Shown here: positions 27,543 through 37,074 of the stretch, one piece after another | Numbering within the stretch: position 1 is the first letter of the stretch | Layout of the letters: each line of letters begins with the position of its first letter | DNA from: Cyanobacteria bacterium auto_48_18 | GTDB taxonomy: Bacteria; Cyanobacteriota; Vampirovibrionia; Obscuribacterales; Obscuribacteraceae | Assembly (NCBI GenBank): GCA_036170915.1 | Contig: JAVHQC010000010.1 | Span: 128,001-192,000 of the forward strand | Length of the DNA stretch: 64,000 nucleotides | Reading direction: 5' to 3' | Made by a program: the position numbers and the translations under genes | The notes under the pieces: generated by a model | What the model was told of the DNA's origin: nothing | What the model saw: the letters and a program-made list of their open reading frames with translations, nothing else | Databases searched by the model: none

Positions 27543-27591
27543 AGCGGGAATCACCATTCTCGACTTACCCTGTTTCAGGTAAGCTTGAGGA
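27543..27591 (+). promoter_or_regulatory. Upstream element of TPR gene 1 (16-bp motif plus TAAGCT -10-like box)
   Basis: AGCGGGAATCACCATT begins 49 nt before the ATG; AGGTAAGCT ends 6 nt before the ATG. Same layout at 28900-28948. Confidence 0.6.
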
Positions 27592-28890
27592 ATGAAGAGC
27601 CTTCAATACATTTGTCTCGCTATAGCGACCAGCGCCCTCACGTTGAGCGCACATCCGAGTGCTGCGAAGTCACCTCCTGCTACCGGCGATTCTCTGAACC
27701 GTAAAGGCAAATTGACAGCTAACAAGGTAGACATAGACCAAGCGTATGCCCATTTGCGACTTGGTGACAAGTTAAGCGCGGTGCATGACTGGCGCGGTGC
27801 AATAACTAGCTACTCACGCTCAATAGCTCACAATGCAATGTGTGGCCAGACGTACCTCATGAGAGCCGCGGCGCGCCAGGCTATTCGCGATTACTCAGGA
27901 GCAATTTCTGATTATACGCGTTGTAGACGCCTTGAACAGACAAACAGTGCTGCTCTGTGGGGGCGAGGCTATTGCCTGTCTAAAATAAATGACGAGACCG
28001 GAGCCATTGCTGAGTATTCGAAAGTGGTTGAGATGTACCCATACGGTGCGCTTAGCTATTTGCGACGCGGGGATGCCCTTGCCGGTTTCGGCAGAAATAA
28101 AGAGGCTATCCACGATTTTAATAGAGCAATAGAGCTAAATTCAAAAAATGCTGCAGTGTATTCATCTCGTGCGCTTGCCCGACACGCCACAGGCGATACA
28201 ACTGGCGGAATGAGCGATTTTGACGAGGCCATCCGTCTGGAGCCAAAAAATTGTTCTTATTATTGCCAGAGAGGATATTTTCGATCTAAGCACGGCAATA
28301 TACGAGGCGCGCTGGCCGATTACAACCATTCGATCTTGCTGAATCGGCACTATGGAGATGCTTATGCTGGACGAGGACTAATAAAGTCTGATATTGAAAA
28401 TAGCCACTCAAATGCTTTAGCCGAGTTCGACCGAGGTATTGCGGAAGCTCCCCAAAGCGCTATCTGCTATGACTATCGAGCTTACGAACATTTGATGTTG
28501 AAAAACTACCCAGCGGCAGTGCACGACTTTAACATGGCAGAAAAATTGCATCGCGATGTCTCAGCTCTTTATGTAGGCAGAGGTATCTGTCAATACAATT
28601 TGGGCAACTACAAAGCCTCACTGGCCGACCTGGATAAATCTATCGCAATGGGATTAGAATGCGGCACGGGTCACTATTACCGTGCGAAATGCCGCCTGCA
28701 TTTTGGTGACCACCTCGGTGCGGCTAGCGATTATAGTCTGGCTTGCAAACTATATCCTGCCTACGTCAAGCAACCGATTTTGGGTCTTAACACTTACACC
28801 GGTGTGGCGTGCGTCGACAAAACTATTGATGTGCTTGGTCAAGCCTTGAGACAGCTCCAATATTGTTTGATGAAGGCTTTTGGTCGATAG
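27592..28890 (+). CDS. Secreted tetratricopeptide repeat protein
   Basis: Signal peptide; repeated AY..RG.......D..GA..DF..AI.L.P pattern. Confidence 0.9.
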   Translation: MKSLQYICLAIATSALTLSAHPSAAKSPPATGDSLNRKGKLTANKVDIDQAYAHLRLGDKLSAVHDWRGAITSYSRSIAHNAMCGQTYLMRAAARQAIRDYSGAISDYTRCRRLEQTNSAALWGRGYCLSKINDETGAIAEYSKVVEMYPYGALSYLRRGDALAGFGRNKEAIHDFNRAIELNSKNAAVYSSRALARHATGDTTGGMSDFDEAIRLEPKNCSYYCQRGYFRSKHGNIRGALADYNHSILLNRHYGDAYAGRGLIKSDIENSHSNALAEFDRGIAEAPQSAICYDYRAYEHLMLKNYPAAVHDFNMAEKLHRDVSALYVGRGICQYNLGNYKASLADLDKSIAMGLECGTGHYYRAKCRLHFGDHLGAASDYSLACKLYPAYVKQPILGLNTYTGVACVDKTIDVLGQALRQLQYCLMKAFGR

Positions 28891-28899
28891 CAGTGTGGC

Positions 28900-28948
28900 A
28901 GCGGGAATCACCATTTTCACCTTAAGCAAATTGAGGTAAGCTCGATCT
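28900..28948 (+). promoter_or_regulatory. Upstream element of TPR gene 2 (second copy of the motif)
   Basis: AGCGGGAATCACCATT at 28900-28915, TAAGCT at 28937-28942, ATG at 28949. Confidence 0.6.
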
Positions 28949-30424
28949 ATGAAGCCCCTGATTGCATTTCTCTGCATATTTTTCGCCAGTCTCAGCATCT
29001 GCGCTATTCCAGCACAGGGCGGGAAAGACGCGATTATTGCCCCGCGGGCTCTGGTGTCTGCAAAGAATGATGCCGCAGCCAAATCATTGCATGCGCAGGC
29101 AAAGGCCGAGGAAAAGAAAGGTAATCATAAAAAAGCAATTGAGGCCTGTACGAAGGCTATTGGTTACAACCCTTCATTCTCAGAAGCATATTTTTGGCGG
29201 GCACTCTGTCGCTCCAGCATCGGAGATATTCAGGGGTCTATAGAAGACAATATCAAAGCGATCAAGCTCGACCCTGAATGCGCGGGGGCGTTTGCTAACT
29301 TAGGCGCCGATTTAGACGATAAAAATGATTACAGGGGTGCGATTGCTAACTACTCTTGGGCCATCAAGATCAGGCCTAGCTGGAGTTCTACCTATTTCAA
29401 CAGAGGCCTTGCATTTGAATCTTTAAATGACTACCAAGCCGCTGTTTCTGATTACACCAGGGCAATCGAGCTAAATCCGAATTTTACCGACGCCTATGGT
29501 TGCCGCGGAAGCGCTTATTTAATCTTAAATGATGCGCAAAAGGCAATTGCCGATTATTCTCACGTGATTAAAGACCGGCCTCAGCAAGCCTCCAGCTATA
29601 ACAACCGGGGTCATGCCCTAGCGTGCATTGGAAATTACCAAGCCGCAATAGCAGATTTCAACAAAGCCGTTGAACTAGACCGCAATCTAACGCAGCCCTA
29701 TGTTAATCGTGCATCGTGCAATTCATTAGTTGGAAATTTCAAAGGTGCTCTCAGCGATTATGACAAGGCAATTCAATTATCTCCAAATGATTGCACCATT
29801 TACTGCAGCAGAGGAGAATTACTAGCGTCTCACGGCGAGACAAAAAACGCATCTGCTGATTTCAACCATGCGCTTGCCTTAAACAAGCGCTGCGGCGATG
29901 CTTATGACGGTCTAGGTATGTTGAAATCTCAAGCTGGGGATCACAAAGGAGCGTTGTCGCTTTTCACACGCGGCATCGGCGCCGAACCGCAAAACTTCAA
30001 GTGCTATTACGACAGAGGCTATGAGCTTCTTCTGCTTAGGCGCGCATATGAAGCACTACAGGATTTTAACCGCGTAGTCCAATTGTGTCCAAAAAAATCG
30101 AGTTCTTATGCCAGTCGAGGCTTTTATCTTCATTTGGTTGGTAACTATCCTGCGGTGACCGATCTTGATTTTGCCATATATTTAGATTCAAAATCCGCAG
30201 CCTCGTATCACACCCGCGCAAAATGTCGATTGAAACTGGGCGATGAAACTGGAGCTGCAAGCGACTACGCAGTGGCTTGTAAGCTTGATTCGAAATATCT
30301 CAATGAGCCGATTAAGGGACTCGACTGTTGCGCGAAAACTGAAATGCTCGAGCGCGTAGTAAAGCCTATTGGTCAAGCAGCTTCTCGTGTGCAGGGTTAC
30401 TTCGAGGCAGTCCTGAGGCGTTAA
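28949..30424 (+). CDS. Secreted tetratricopeptide repeat protein, tandem paralog of 27592-28890
   Basis: TPR array. Shares the C-terminal RAKCRL..GD..GAASDY..ACKL...Y...PI.GL with the upstream gene. Confidence 0.9.
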   Translation: MKPLIAFLCIFFASLSICAIPAQGGKDAIIAPRALVSAKNDAAAKSLHAQAKAEEKKGNHKKAIEACTKAIGYNPSFSEAYFWRALCRSSIGDIQGSIEDNIKAIKLDPECAGAFANLGADLDDKNDYRGAIANYSWAIKIRPSWSSTYFNRGLAFESLNDYQAAVSDYTRAIELNPNFTDAYGCRGSAYLILNDAQKAIADYSHVIKDRPQQASSYNNRGHALACIGNYQAAIADFNKAVELDRNLTQPYVNRASCNSLVGNFKGALSDYDKAIQLSPNDCTIYCSRGELLASHGETKNASADFNHALALNKRCGDAYDGLGMLKSQAGDHKGALSLFTRGIGAEPQNFKCYYDRGYELLLLRRAYEALQDFNRVVQLCPKKSSSYASRGFYLHLVGNYPAVTDLDFAIYLDSKSAASYHTRAKCRLKLGDETGAASDYAVACKLDSKYLNEPIKGLDCCAKTEMLERVVKPIGQAASRVQGYFEAVLRR

Positions 30425-30523
30425 CACATATCGCTTAAGCTTGATTGAGAATCAAGGATCACGAAATGAGTAATCAACAACAAAAAGTAATCTGGACGTT
30501 CGCTTTCAACAGCAAATGACGCA

Positions 30524-30982
30524 TTAAACTGCTGCTTCTGATTTCGTCCTATGAGCCACTAACATGGCAACAGACCAAGTAAAAGGTAATATCAGACTGA
30601 GAAAACTCAAAATCGTAATTGCTTTAAAAGTCGTTGCTCCACGATTCTTGGCGATGTGAACTGGTAGCGCCAGTAGTGCCAGGCTAGCGACCATAACTAA
30701 AAACGCTAAGAAGCCGCACGAAATTCCGGCGGTAAGAGCCAATGCTCCATGCTCGCCCAATGTTTGATGTAGAGGAATGCAGGCGGTCAAATATCCGGCA
30801 CCGATCAGTGCTATGCCGATAAGAGCGTACTTAGAACTAGTCGCCCACTGTTTGATGAATAGAAGTAAGAAGGATGCAAAAAGAAACATCAGGCCGTTGC
30901 GTATACCAGCTATTTCAGATACGTTAGCAAAAATATTGAAGAGGGCTTCCATATTGCCGACTTGGGGCAGTGATTGTTCCAT
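30524..30982 (-). CDS. Small membrane protein with a C-terminal superinfection-immunity/DUF3302-like motif
   Basis: About 4 TM; LPVHIAKNRG..TFKAITILSFLSLILPFTW. ATG 30982 follows GAGGA. Confidence 0.6.
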   Translation of the reverse strand: MEQSLPQVGNMEALFNIFANVSEIAGIRNGLMFLFASFLLLFIKQWATSSKYALIGIALIGAGYLTACIPLHQTLGEHGALALTAGISCGFLAFLVMVASLALLALPVHIAKNRGATTFKAITILSFLSLILPFTWSVAMLVAHRTKSEAAV

Positions 30983-31079
30983 GATTCCTCGCAACCCAAT
31001 GAGTCAAAACCTTTAGAATACTCCCCTTTAAGTCGTACCGATAGTAGGCCGCAAATGAGAACGGCAAGAAAGACGGGAG

Positions 31080-31634
31080 CTACGGTGTGTTGCTAACATT
31101 CTCGCGTGCATCCAGGTCGTAAACAGAGATCACTTGCCCTTTCTCAAGTTTATTATTTGCACACCTGCCAATTGCCATATATGCTGCAGTGATCGCACCA
31201 TGACTAATTCTACTTTGTGGTATCTCGATAGCGACCACATTATCCCTGGTAAATTTGCTCCCGGCATTTACATCAGCTAAAGCGCAAACAACTGGTCCGT
31301 AGCCATCATCAATCGATTTTGGATCAACTAAATCACGCGTTAGCCTAGAATCCTTTGGCACGGCAGCCAATGTAGGTTGGCCAATCACTCTCGATTGATC
31401 AAAAATGTGTTTTGATTCTTCCTCTGCGTTGCCAGGCTTGAAGTCTATGCGGGTCACCTTATTCTCGGTGATTATCTCTCCTTTTGCTAAATCCTGAGTT
31501 GTGATGATGGCTACCTGTGGAAGCGCGTAATTGATCATGTCAATTCTGGTAAGAATAGTTCGACTTGGTGCACAACCGACGACTGTGACTGCTGACAAAA
31601 TTGAAACTGTAAGAACGGCAAACTGAGTTTTCAT
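31080..31634 (-). CDS. Lipoprotein with two SAF (beta-clip) domains
   Basis: Lipobox VVGC; TTQDLAKGEIITENKV...VIGQ....VPKDS.LT and ALADVNAGSKFT..NV...AIGR....LEKGQVIS..DL. Confidence 0.78.
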   Translation of the reverse strand: MKTQFAVLTVSILSAVTVVGCAPSRTILTRIDMINYALPQVAIITTQDLAKGEIITENKVTRIDFKPGNAEEESKHIFDQSRVIGQPTLAAVPKDSRLTRDLVDPKSIDDGYGPVVCALADVNAGSKFTRDNVVAIEIPQSRISHGAITAAYMAIGRCANNKLEKGQVISVYDLDARENVSNTP

Positions 31635-31709
31635 TTGCTGAAATTACCAAAAGATAGCTGATGACAATAAAATCTAAGCGCTTCGCCGCAGACGCGGTTC
31701 ATAAACAAA

Positions 31710-32138
31710 TTAGTCTCTCAATATTCTTGCCTCAGCAACACAATCGTCTTTAAATTTCAAGCCAAGCCACTCCGAGTCTAGGCCCCACCCTCGCTCTGGT
31801 CCCAACCAATAGACATAGTCGTAATCTTTAAAGTAACCCGAACTGGGTGGCACACTCAACAGCTCATCTATATGCGCTCGAGACATTCCAACTAAATGGT
31901 GCCGGCTCAACAGGTCATCTATCATCCATAGACGTTCGGGACTAGAAGAATCTTCTTTTACCAGCTGCTTCCACCTAACAGAATTAAACGGCTTTACGTG
32001 TTTCGCAAACTCTTTCGCGTCAGCGGTACTACTGGAAAATGGTTGGCCCAACACCAGCCCGAGATAGGTCAAAGCGATGAGAGCAGATACCGCCCCCACA
32101 GCAGTTAATATAATACTTTTGCTGAAATTCCCTTTCAC
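31710..32138 (-). CDS. Membrane-anchored hypothetical protein (SmpA/BamE-like motif)
   Basis: Likely start GTG 32138 after AGGA; TM helix; R.WMIDDLL....LVGMSR..I.ELL..P...Y.YWLG...GLDSEWL. The longer track ORF overlaps the TPR gene. Confidence 0.7.
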   Translation of the reverse strand: MKGNFSKSIILTAVGAVSALIALTYLGLVLGQPFSSSTADAKEFAKHVKPFNSVRWKQLVKEDSSSPERLWMIDDLLSRHHLVGMSRAHIDELLSVPPSSGYFKDYDYVYWLGPERGWGLDSEWLGLKFKDDCVAEARILRD

Positions 32139-32211
32139 GAATGTCCTACAAGAAAAGTGCTTGATCGCATTGTACTTCAGCACCGGCGCCACACGCTGAA
32201 CCGATACCAAA

Positions 32212-32949
32212 CTAAAACTTCGCCCAGTCACTACCCAATTCACCCGCCGCGGCCTTCCGATCTTTGAGAGCAAGATCAGCCTTGCCAATTTTGTCATAGC
32301 AGTTTGCTCGAACTTGATAAAAGCGGCTCCGTTCAGAGTGTTTTTCGAGTGCAATCGCCTTTGACAAATCATCAATTGCTAACTGATAGCGGCCGGTTTT
32401 AGAATACATGCTGGCGCGACTGAAGTATGCCCAAACTTCTTTTGGATCTCGCTTAATAGCCTCCGAAAAGTCGCTGATTGCTTTTTCTGTATGACCGAGC
32501 AGCACATGCCAGCTGCCACGATCTTTGTACCAAAATGAAGGTGCCTCCGCGCCTGCTAAAGACATCGCTTTATCGCAAGTAGCAATGGCTAATTCGGTTT
32601 GCTCAAGCTCACTGAACAATCGCGCTTTTTCAAAATAGGCTTTTGCAAAAGAAGGATTTATTGCAATCGCTCGATCTAAATCACGACGAGCAGAGCTTGT
32701 ATCTTCGCAGTTTAAATAGGCGCGGCCGCGCTCGTAAAGAGCCAACGCATCACCAGGGTCTAAATTAATCGCTTCACTAAAAACCGGAATCGCAGCACGA
32801 TATTTATTGTGGTTTACCAACGTCAATCCATTCTGATAGGCGCGCGTTGACTTCGCTGATGGCCTGGCGTGAACAGCGTTAAAGCACGAGGCGAAAGTAA
32901 CTACAATCGCAAAAAGCGCCAGATATTTACCAATAAAATTCTCCATCAT
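32212..32949 (-). CDS. Secreted TPR protein
   Basis: Signal peptide (VHA) and TPR consensus. Confidence 0.88.
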   Translation of the reverse strand: MMENFIGKYLALFAIVVTFASCFNAVHARPSAKSTRAYQNGLTLVNHNKYRAAIPVFSEAINLDPGDALALYERGRAYLNCEDTSSARRDLDRAIAINPSFAKAYFEKARLFSELEQTELAIATCDKAMSLAGAEAPSFWYKDRGSWHVLLGHTEKAISDFSEAIKRDPKEVWAYFSRASMYSKTGRYQLAIDDLSKAIALEKHSERSRFYQVRANCYDKIGKADLALKDRKAAAGELGSDWAKF

Positions 32950-33851
32950 TTTATTATGCCGATAGTCGTCAGCCAGGTTTCAACTAAAGTTGGCCACGCC
33001 GAAATCGGATGTTTTGTGCGTCGCAATCCGAAGGCGTGGCCGCCCTCTGCGTATAAATGCATCTCCACCGGCACTCCCGATTTTTTTAGGGCACGGTAGT
33101 AAACTAACGCATGCTCTGGCGGATCAACCGGATCATTTTCCGCTTGTAATAAAAATGTTGGTGGCGTCTGACGAGTCACAGGTACAGCCGGATTTAGCTC
33201 AAATTTCTCCTGATTAATCCATAAGTGCCCAGGATAAATCGGCACTGCAAAATCAGGACGGCAGCTGACTTTATCAGCTTCATCAACAGGCGCGTACAAC
33301 CGGCGATCAAAATGTGTACTGATCGCCGCCGCCAGGTGCCCGCCGGCAGAAAACCCGAGCACGCCAATCTTGTGCGGGTCGATTTGCCACTCGGCAGCGC
33401 GCGAACGCACAATGCCCATGGCTCTCTGAGCGTCTTGCAAAGCCACCGGCGACTTGGGATACGACCCTTTGTTGGGCACGCGATACTTCAATAGCACGCC
33501 GGTAATGCCCCGCGAAGCAAACCATTTGCAGACTTCGGTGCCTTCTAAATCCATGGCCAAAATTTTATAGCCGCCGCCGGGAAAAACAATTACCGCAGCT
33601 CCTGTATTTTTTCCCTCAGGCGAAAAAATAGTGATTGTGGGCTGGGAAATATTGGTAGCAGACAGCACAGTCTTGCCGGCAATGAGACCTTCACCTTTAG
33701 ATGTTTTCTCAGGACCATCCATTTTTATGGCATCAGGAGCGGCTCCCGGCCAGATTGGTATTTGGGTATGACCAGCCGGTGGCTCCCAGGGCAACGCCTG
33801 AACGCCCTGACAGCACAGGGAGAAAGCGATGAGGATGAAGATTAAACGCAT
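32946..33851 (-). CDS. Secreted alpha/beta hydrolase (acetyl esterase-like)
   Basis: FPGGGY, GFSAGGHL nucleophile elbow, RPDF...YP, ND, GGHAFG. Confidence 0.9.
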   Translation of the reverse strand: MRLIFILIAFSLCCQGVQALPWEPPAGHTQIPIWPGAAPDAIKMDGPEKTSKGEGLIAGKTVLSATNISQPTITIFSPEGKNTGAAVIVFPGGGYKILAMDLEGTEVCKWFASRGITGVLLKYRVPNKGSYPKSPVALQDAQRAMGIVRSRAAEWQIDPHKIGVLGFSAGGHLAAAISTHFDRRLYAPVDEADKVSCRPDFAVPIYPGHLWINQEKFELNPAVPVTRQTPPTFLLQAENDPVDPPEHALVYYRALKKSGVPVEMHLYAEGGHAFGLRRTKHPISAWPTLVETWLTTIGIIK

Positions 33852-33922
33852 ATTTAATGTGGCTCAGGGGAAATCTCAACCGCATAAGTATATATGCCTC
33901 TATCCCCCCCGAGGAGAATGCA

Positions 33923-34864
33923 ATGTCCTCAGCAGAGCTAAACGACGACCAGCCACCGTTTATTCCAGATACTAATACCCAGGATGCTCTCAAAAAACTG
34001 AGCGAAGAATTGAGTGTCTATTCTGATTTCAGCAGTCAGTCAAAGTCGACACAATTTAAAATCACTCCTCCTGCCGGGTGTCCTTCATCTCCTAAAGCAG
34101 CAGTCACGCTCGACAACATCGGCGACTGGTTTGTGCAGAACGCCAAAATTTATGATCGTGATGGCGACAAAGCATTGAATACGGCTGAAATGCGCTATGG
34201 TCTGAAAAACAGATGCATTCCCTTTCGAGATGCCGAGAGCTTGAAGTTTATTTTGAACAACAAAGAATTTTTTGCTGACGTTGACCAAGATTTTGGGGGT
34301 GACCAGAAGAGACTCGATGCTTTCAAGGCAAAAACTAGTGGACCGCTGGCAGAGCAACCTGTTTTTGTTAGCGATAAAGACATGTTGACTTATGCTGAGT
34401 GGAGGACCATTGCCAGAGATGACATGCAAAAGTTGAAGGCGTTAGATTTGGATGCCTATAACGGCATTACATTTTTGAAAAAGAATTTCGCAACTCTGGA
34501 TGCTGATAAAAATGGTGGCATAATGCCGAAAGAATTGCGTGGCGCAATCGACAGCGGTCGTTTCAGCGGGAAAGATTTGCAAACAGCAGAATCGATAGCC
34601 ACAAATTTCCAGCAAATCACCGAGAAAGCCAACCCGAGAGGCTGGCGCACGCAACTAGTCGACACAATTTTCGGCTGGGAACAATCAATTTATCAAGGAA
34701 CCATCGCCAGCTACGTGATGAAACGGAACGATGAATTCGACACTTTAGGCGAGAGCTTCAACAAAGCTTTTGGGATAGTAAATAGATCTAACGCGCTGGA
34801 ATACTATGACTATCCAAAATTGCCAGGAGCAACGGAAGTACCGAAGCCACAGGGTAGTTGGTAG
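33923..34864 (+). CDS. EF-hand-containing hypothetical protein
   Basis: ATG 33923 follows GAGGAG. EF-loop-like DRDGDKALNTAE and DADKNGGIMPKE. Confidence 0.7.
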   Translation: MSSAELNDDQPPFIPDTNTQDALKKLSEELSVYSDFSSQSKSTQFKITPPAGCPSSPKAAVTLDNIGDWFVQNAKIYDRDGDKALNTAEMRYGLKNRCIPFRDAESLKFILNNKEFFADVDQDFGGDQKRLDAFKAKTSGPLAEQPVFVSDKDMLTYAEWRTIARDDMQKLKALDLDAYNGITFLKKNFATLDADKNGGIMPKELRGAIDSGRFSGKDLQTAESIATNFQQITEKANPRGWRTQLVDTIFGWEQSIYQGTIASYVMKRNDEFDTLGESFNKAFGIVNRSNALEYYDYPKLPGATEVPKPQGSW

Positions 34865-34873
34865 TTGGGCGAG

Positions 34874-35224
34874 CTATGTTTTCTTCCAGCTCTCTAATGC
34901 TTTACGCGTGTATTCCGTCGGATTCAAAATATAAGCACGAGAACGATCAAAACGCTCTCTATCGTAACCAATCTTTCGAAGCTCCTCGTACAAGGCTTCT
35001 GTGGGCTCGAAGGTTGGCTCCATCACAGAATACCAACCGCCATATTTCTTTAGCACTCTATTGAGCTTCCAATCTACGCCTGGAATCAGCGATGGCTCGA
35101 CCTTTAAAGTTCCCACGGTGCTTAAAGGCGGGCGCGGCTTGCCGCCATCTGTAACAAAGGCAACATCAATTGCAAGGCCATTTAGACCAATCCAAAAAAT
35201 GTCGCATGTTCGTAAAAATTTCAA
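34874..35224 (-). CDS. Hypothetical protein
   Basis: 116-aa ORF with TTG start after AAGGTG, directly downstream of 35242-36141. Confidence 0.6.
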   Translation of the reverse strand: MKFLRTCDIFWIGLNGLAIDVAFVTDGGKPRPPLSTVGTLKVEPSLIPGVDWKLNRVLKKYGGWYSVMEPTFEPTEALYEELRKIGYDRERFDRSRAYILNPTEYTRKALESWKKT

Positions 35225-35241
35225 AACTCACTCACCTTAAA

Positions 35242-36141
35242 TCAATGCTGCTTTTCATAGCGCTCGTTCAAAATATTTTCGATGATGGCTAAAGTCTCCA
35301 GATCATCATCAGATTTAACGATTTCGGCAAAGCCAACAAGATCAGCGTCGCTTCGCGTTTTCAAGCTATCAGTCAATGAACAATTTTCACGTTGAAGGCC
35401 TTTTAGTGCGCGTCTAAAGCGAAATAGATCAAGATAATTGCCTTGACGAAACGGGTTTGAATGGAGAACTATTACTAGTTGCACCAGTGCTAACGGCACA
35501 ATCGATAGACCCCAACCAATTTTCAAAAAAGCAATTGGCTCAATTTTCATCGTCAGAATATGGAATGCAATTCCTACCGACTGAGTCAGTGGCAGGGCGA
35601 GAAATAAGAAGCCAGCAAAAATGCAGCAATTGAATCTGAGCTGATTTATATAATCGTTTCGACCGAGTTTTCCAGAAGCGATTTTTTGATAGAAAAAAGT
35701 TTGCAGCTTGTAAAAAGCCACCATCGAAGTTGCTGCCGTTAAAAACAAACCGATGGTAACACCAGCTCCCCGTTCCCAACCAACCGCGCTCAATAAAAGG
35801 CCTTTGCAAGGCTGTGACGACAAAATCATCGCAGCAAGCACATTAGCCCAGATGGTACATGCTAGGTAAATACCTGCCTGTGCTAACCATAAATGGGAAC
35901 GCTCACCGTAGACAATCGGTACCGTCGGTTGCTCCGAGGCTGGCAGCAACGAGAAGATGCGCAATGCCGGCGCCAGTTTGTCGGCCGGGAACATCAAGCG
36001 GCTAGTTGGCCAAAGCCCGAGACCACTGTCGATGGCCATTATAATGGCCCCGAGGCCGAAAAAGATCGACGAGAGCATCGCGGCAAAAAAATTGATTAGG
36101 GATAAAGTGTCTGTGCTATTCACGGGCCAGCCGCCAATCAT
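35242..36141 (-). CDS. Hypothetical multi-pass membrane protein
   Basis: 299-aa ORF with about 5 hydrophobic segments. Confidence 0.65.
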   Translation of the reverse strand: MIGGWPVNSTDTLSLINFFAAMLSSIFFGLGAIIMAIDSGLGLWPTSRLMFPADKLAPALRIFSLLPASEQPTVPIVYGERSHLWLAQAGIYLACTIWANVLAAMILSSQPCKGLLLSAVGWERGAGVTIGLFLTAATSMVAFYKLQTFFYQKIASGKLGRNDYINQLRFNCCIFAGFLFLALPLTQSVGIAFHILTMKIEPIAFLKIGWGLSIVPLALVQLVIVLHSNPFRQGNYLDLFRFRRALKGLQRENCSLTDSLKTRSDADLVGFAEIVKSDDDLETLAIIENILNERYEKQH

Positions 36142-36299
36142 TCATACATGGCATTATACTGCTCTGGTCTGAAAAATTCGACTAAGCCACCGATACCGCC
36201 TACTCAAGTAATTTACGCCAACTATCAAAAGCATTTGAAATAAATCACGGCGCGGCGGCTCAGTTTTACGAATGACAGCCAGAAGTAGCTGCAATCATT

Positions 36300-37016
36300 C
36301 TAATTCGAGTCACCCTTAACTGCAGTAGTTTCTTCGGCTCCTAACCAGCGATAGAGAGCGCCACCAAATGCGGCACCAGCAAGTGGTGCTACCCAGAACA
36401 GCCACACTTGCTCTAAAGCCCAGCCACCAACAAAGATGGCAGGCCCAAGACTGCGTGCAGGGTTCACCGATGTGTTTGTCACCGGAATACTGATTAAGTG
36501 AATCAATGTGAGACCAAGGCCGATGGCGATTGGTGCAAAACCTTTTGGTGCATTTCCGTGAGTCGAACCGCAAATGATAAAAAGGAAAGCGAAACTCATA
36601 ACGAACTCTGTAACCAGCGCTGCCATCATTGAGTAATGACCGGGCGAATGCTCACCGTAGCCGTTGCAAGCAAAGCCTCCGGCCAGTGAAAACTCTGGCG
36701 CGCCGCTGGCAATCACATAAAGAATTCCCGCGCCTGCAATACCACCAAGTACTTGTGCGACGATGTATGGGCCAATGTCTCTAGCCGCGAATCTTCCGCC
36801 GGTGAAGAGCCCTATGGTAACGGCAGGATTAAGATGGCAGCCGGAGACGTGACCAATAGCGTAGGCCATGGTTAGAACTGTCAAACCGAAAGCGCAAGAT
36901 ACTCCAAGCAGTCCGATGCCCACATTAGGAAAGGCAGCAGCAATAACTGCGCTTCCGCATCCACCGAGGACGAGCCAGAGGGTACCTATAAATTCTGCAC
37001 TCATTCGCTTCAGCAT
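36300..37016 (-). CDS. aqpZ: Aquaporin Z
   Basis: [53 protein letters not shown]. Confidence 0.97.
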   Translation of the reverse strand: MLKRMSAEFIGTLWLVLGGCGSAVIAAAFPNVGIGLLGVSCAFGLTVLTMAYAIGHVSGCHLNPAVTIGLFTGGRFAARDIGPYIVAQVLGGIAGAGILYVIASGAPEFSLAGGFACNGYGEHSPGHYSMMAALVTEFVMSFAFLFIICGSTHGNAPKGFAPIAIGLGLTLIHLISIPVTNTSVNPARSLGPAIFVGGWALEQVWLFWVAPLAGAAFGGALYRWLGAEETTAVKGDSN

Positions 37017-37074
37017 GAATAATCCTCATATGGAACGACTGAGCTTACCCTCTTTGCAATCATATGTGATACCG

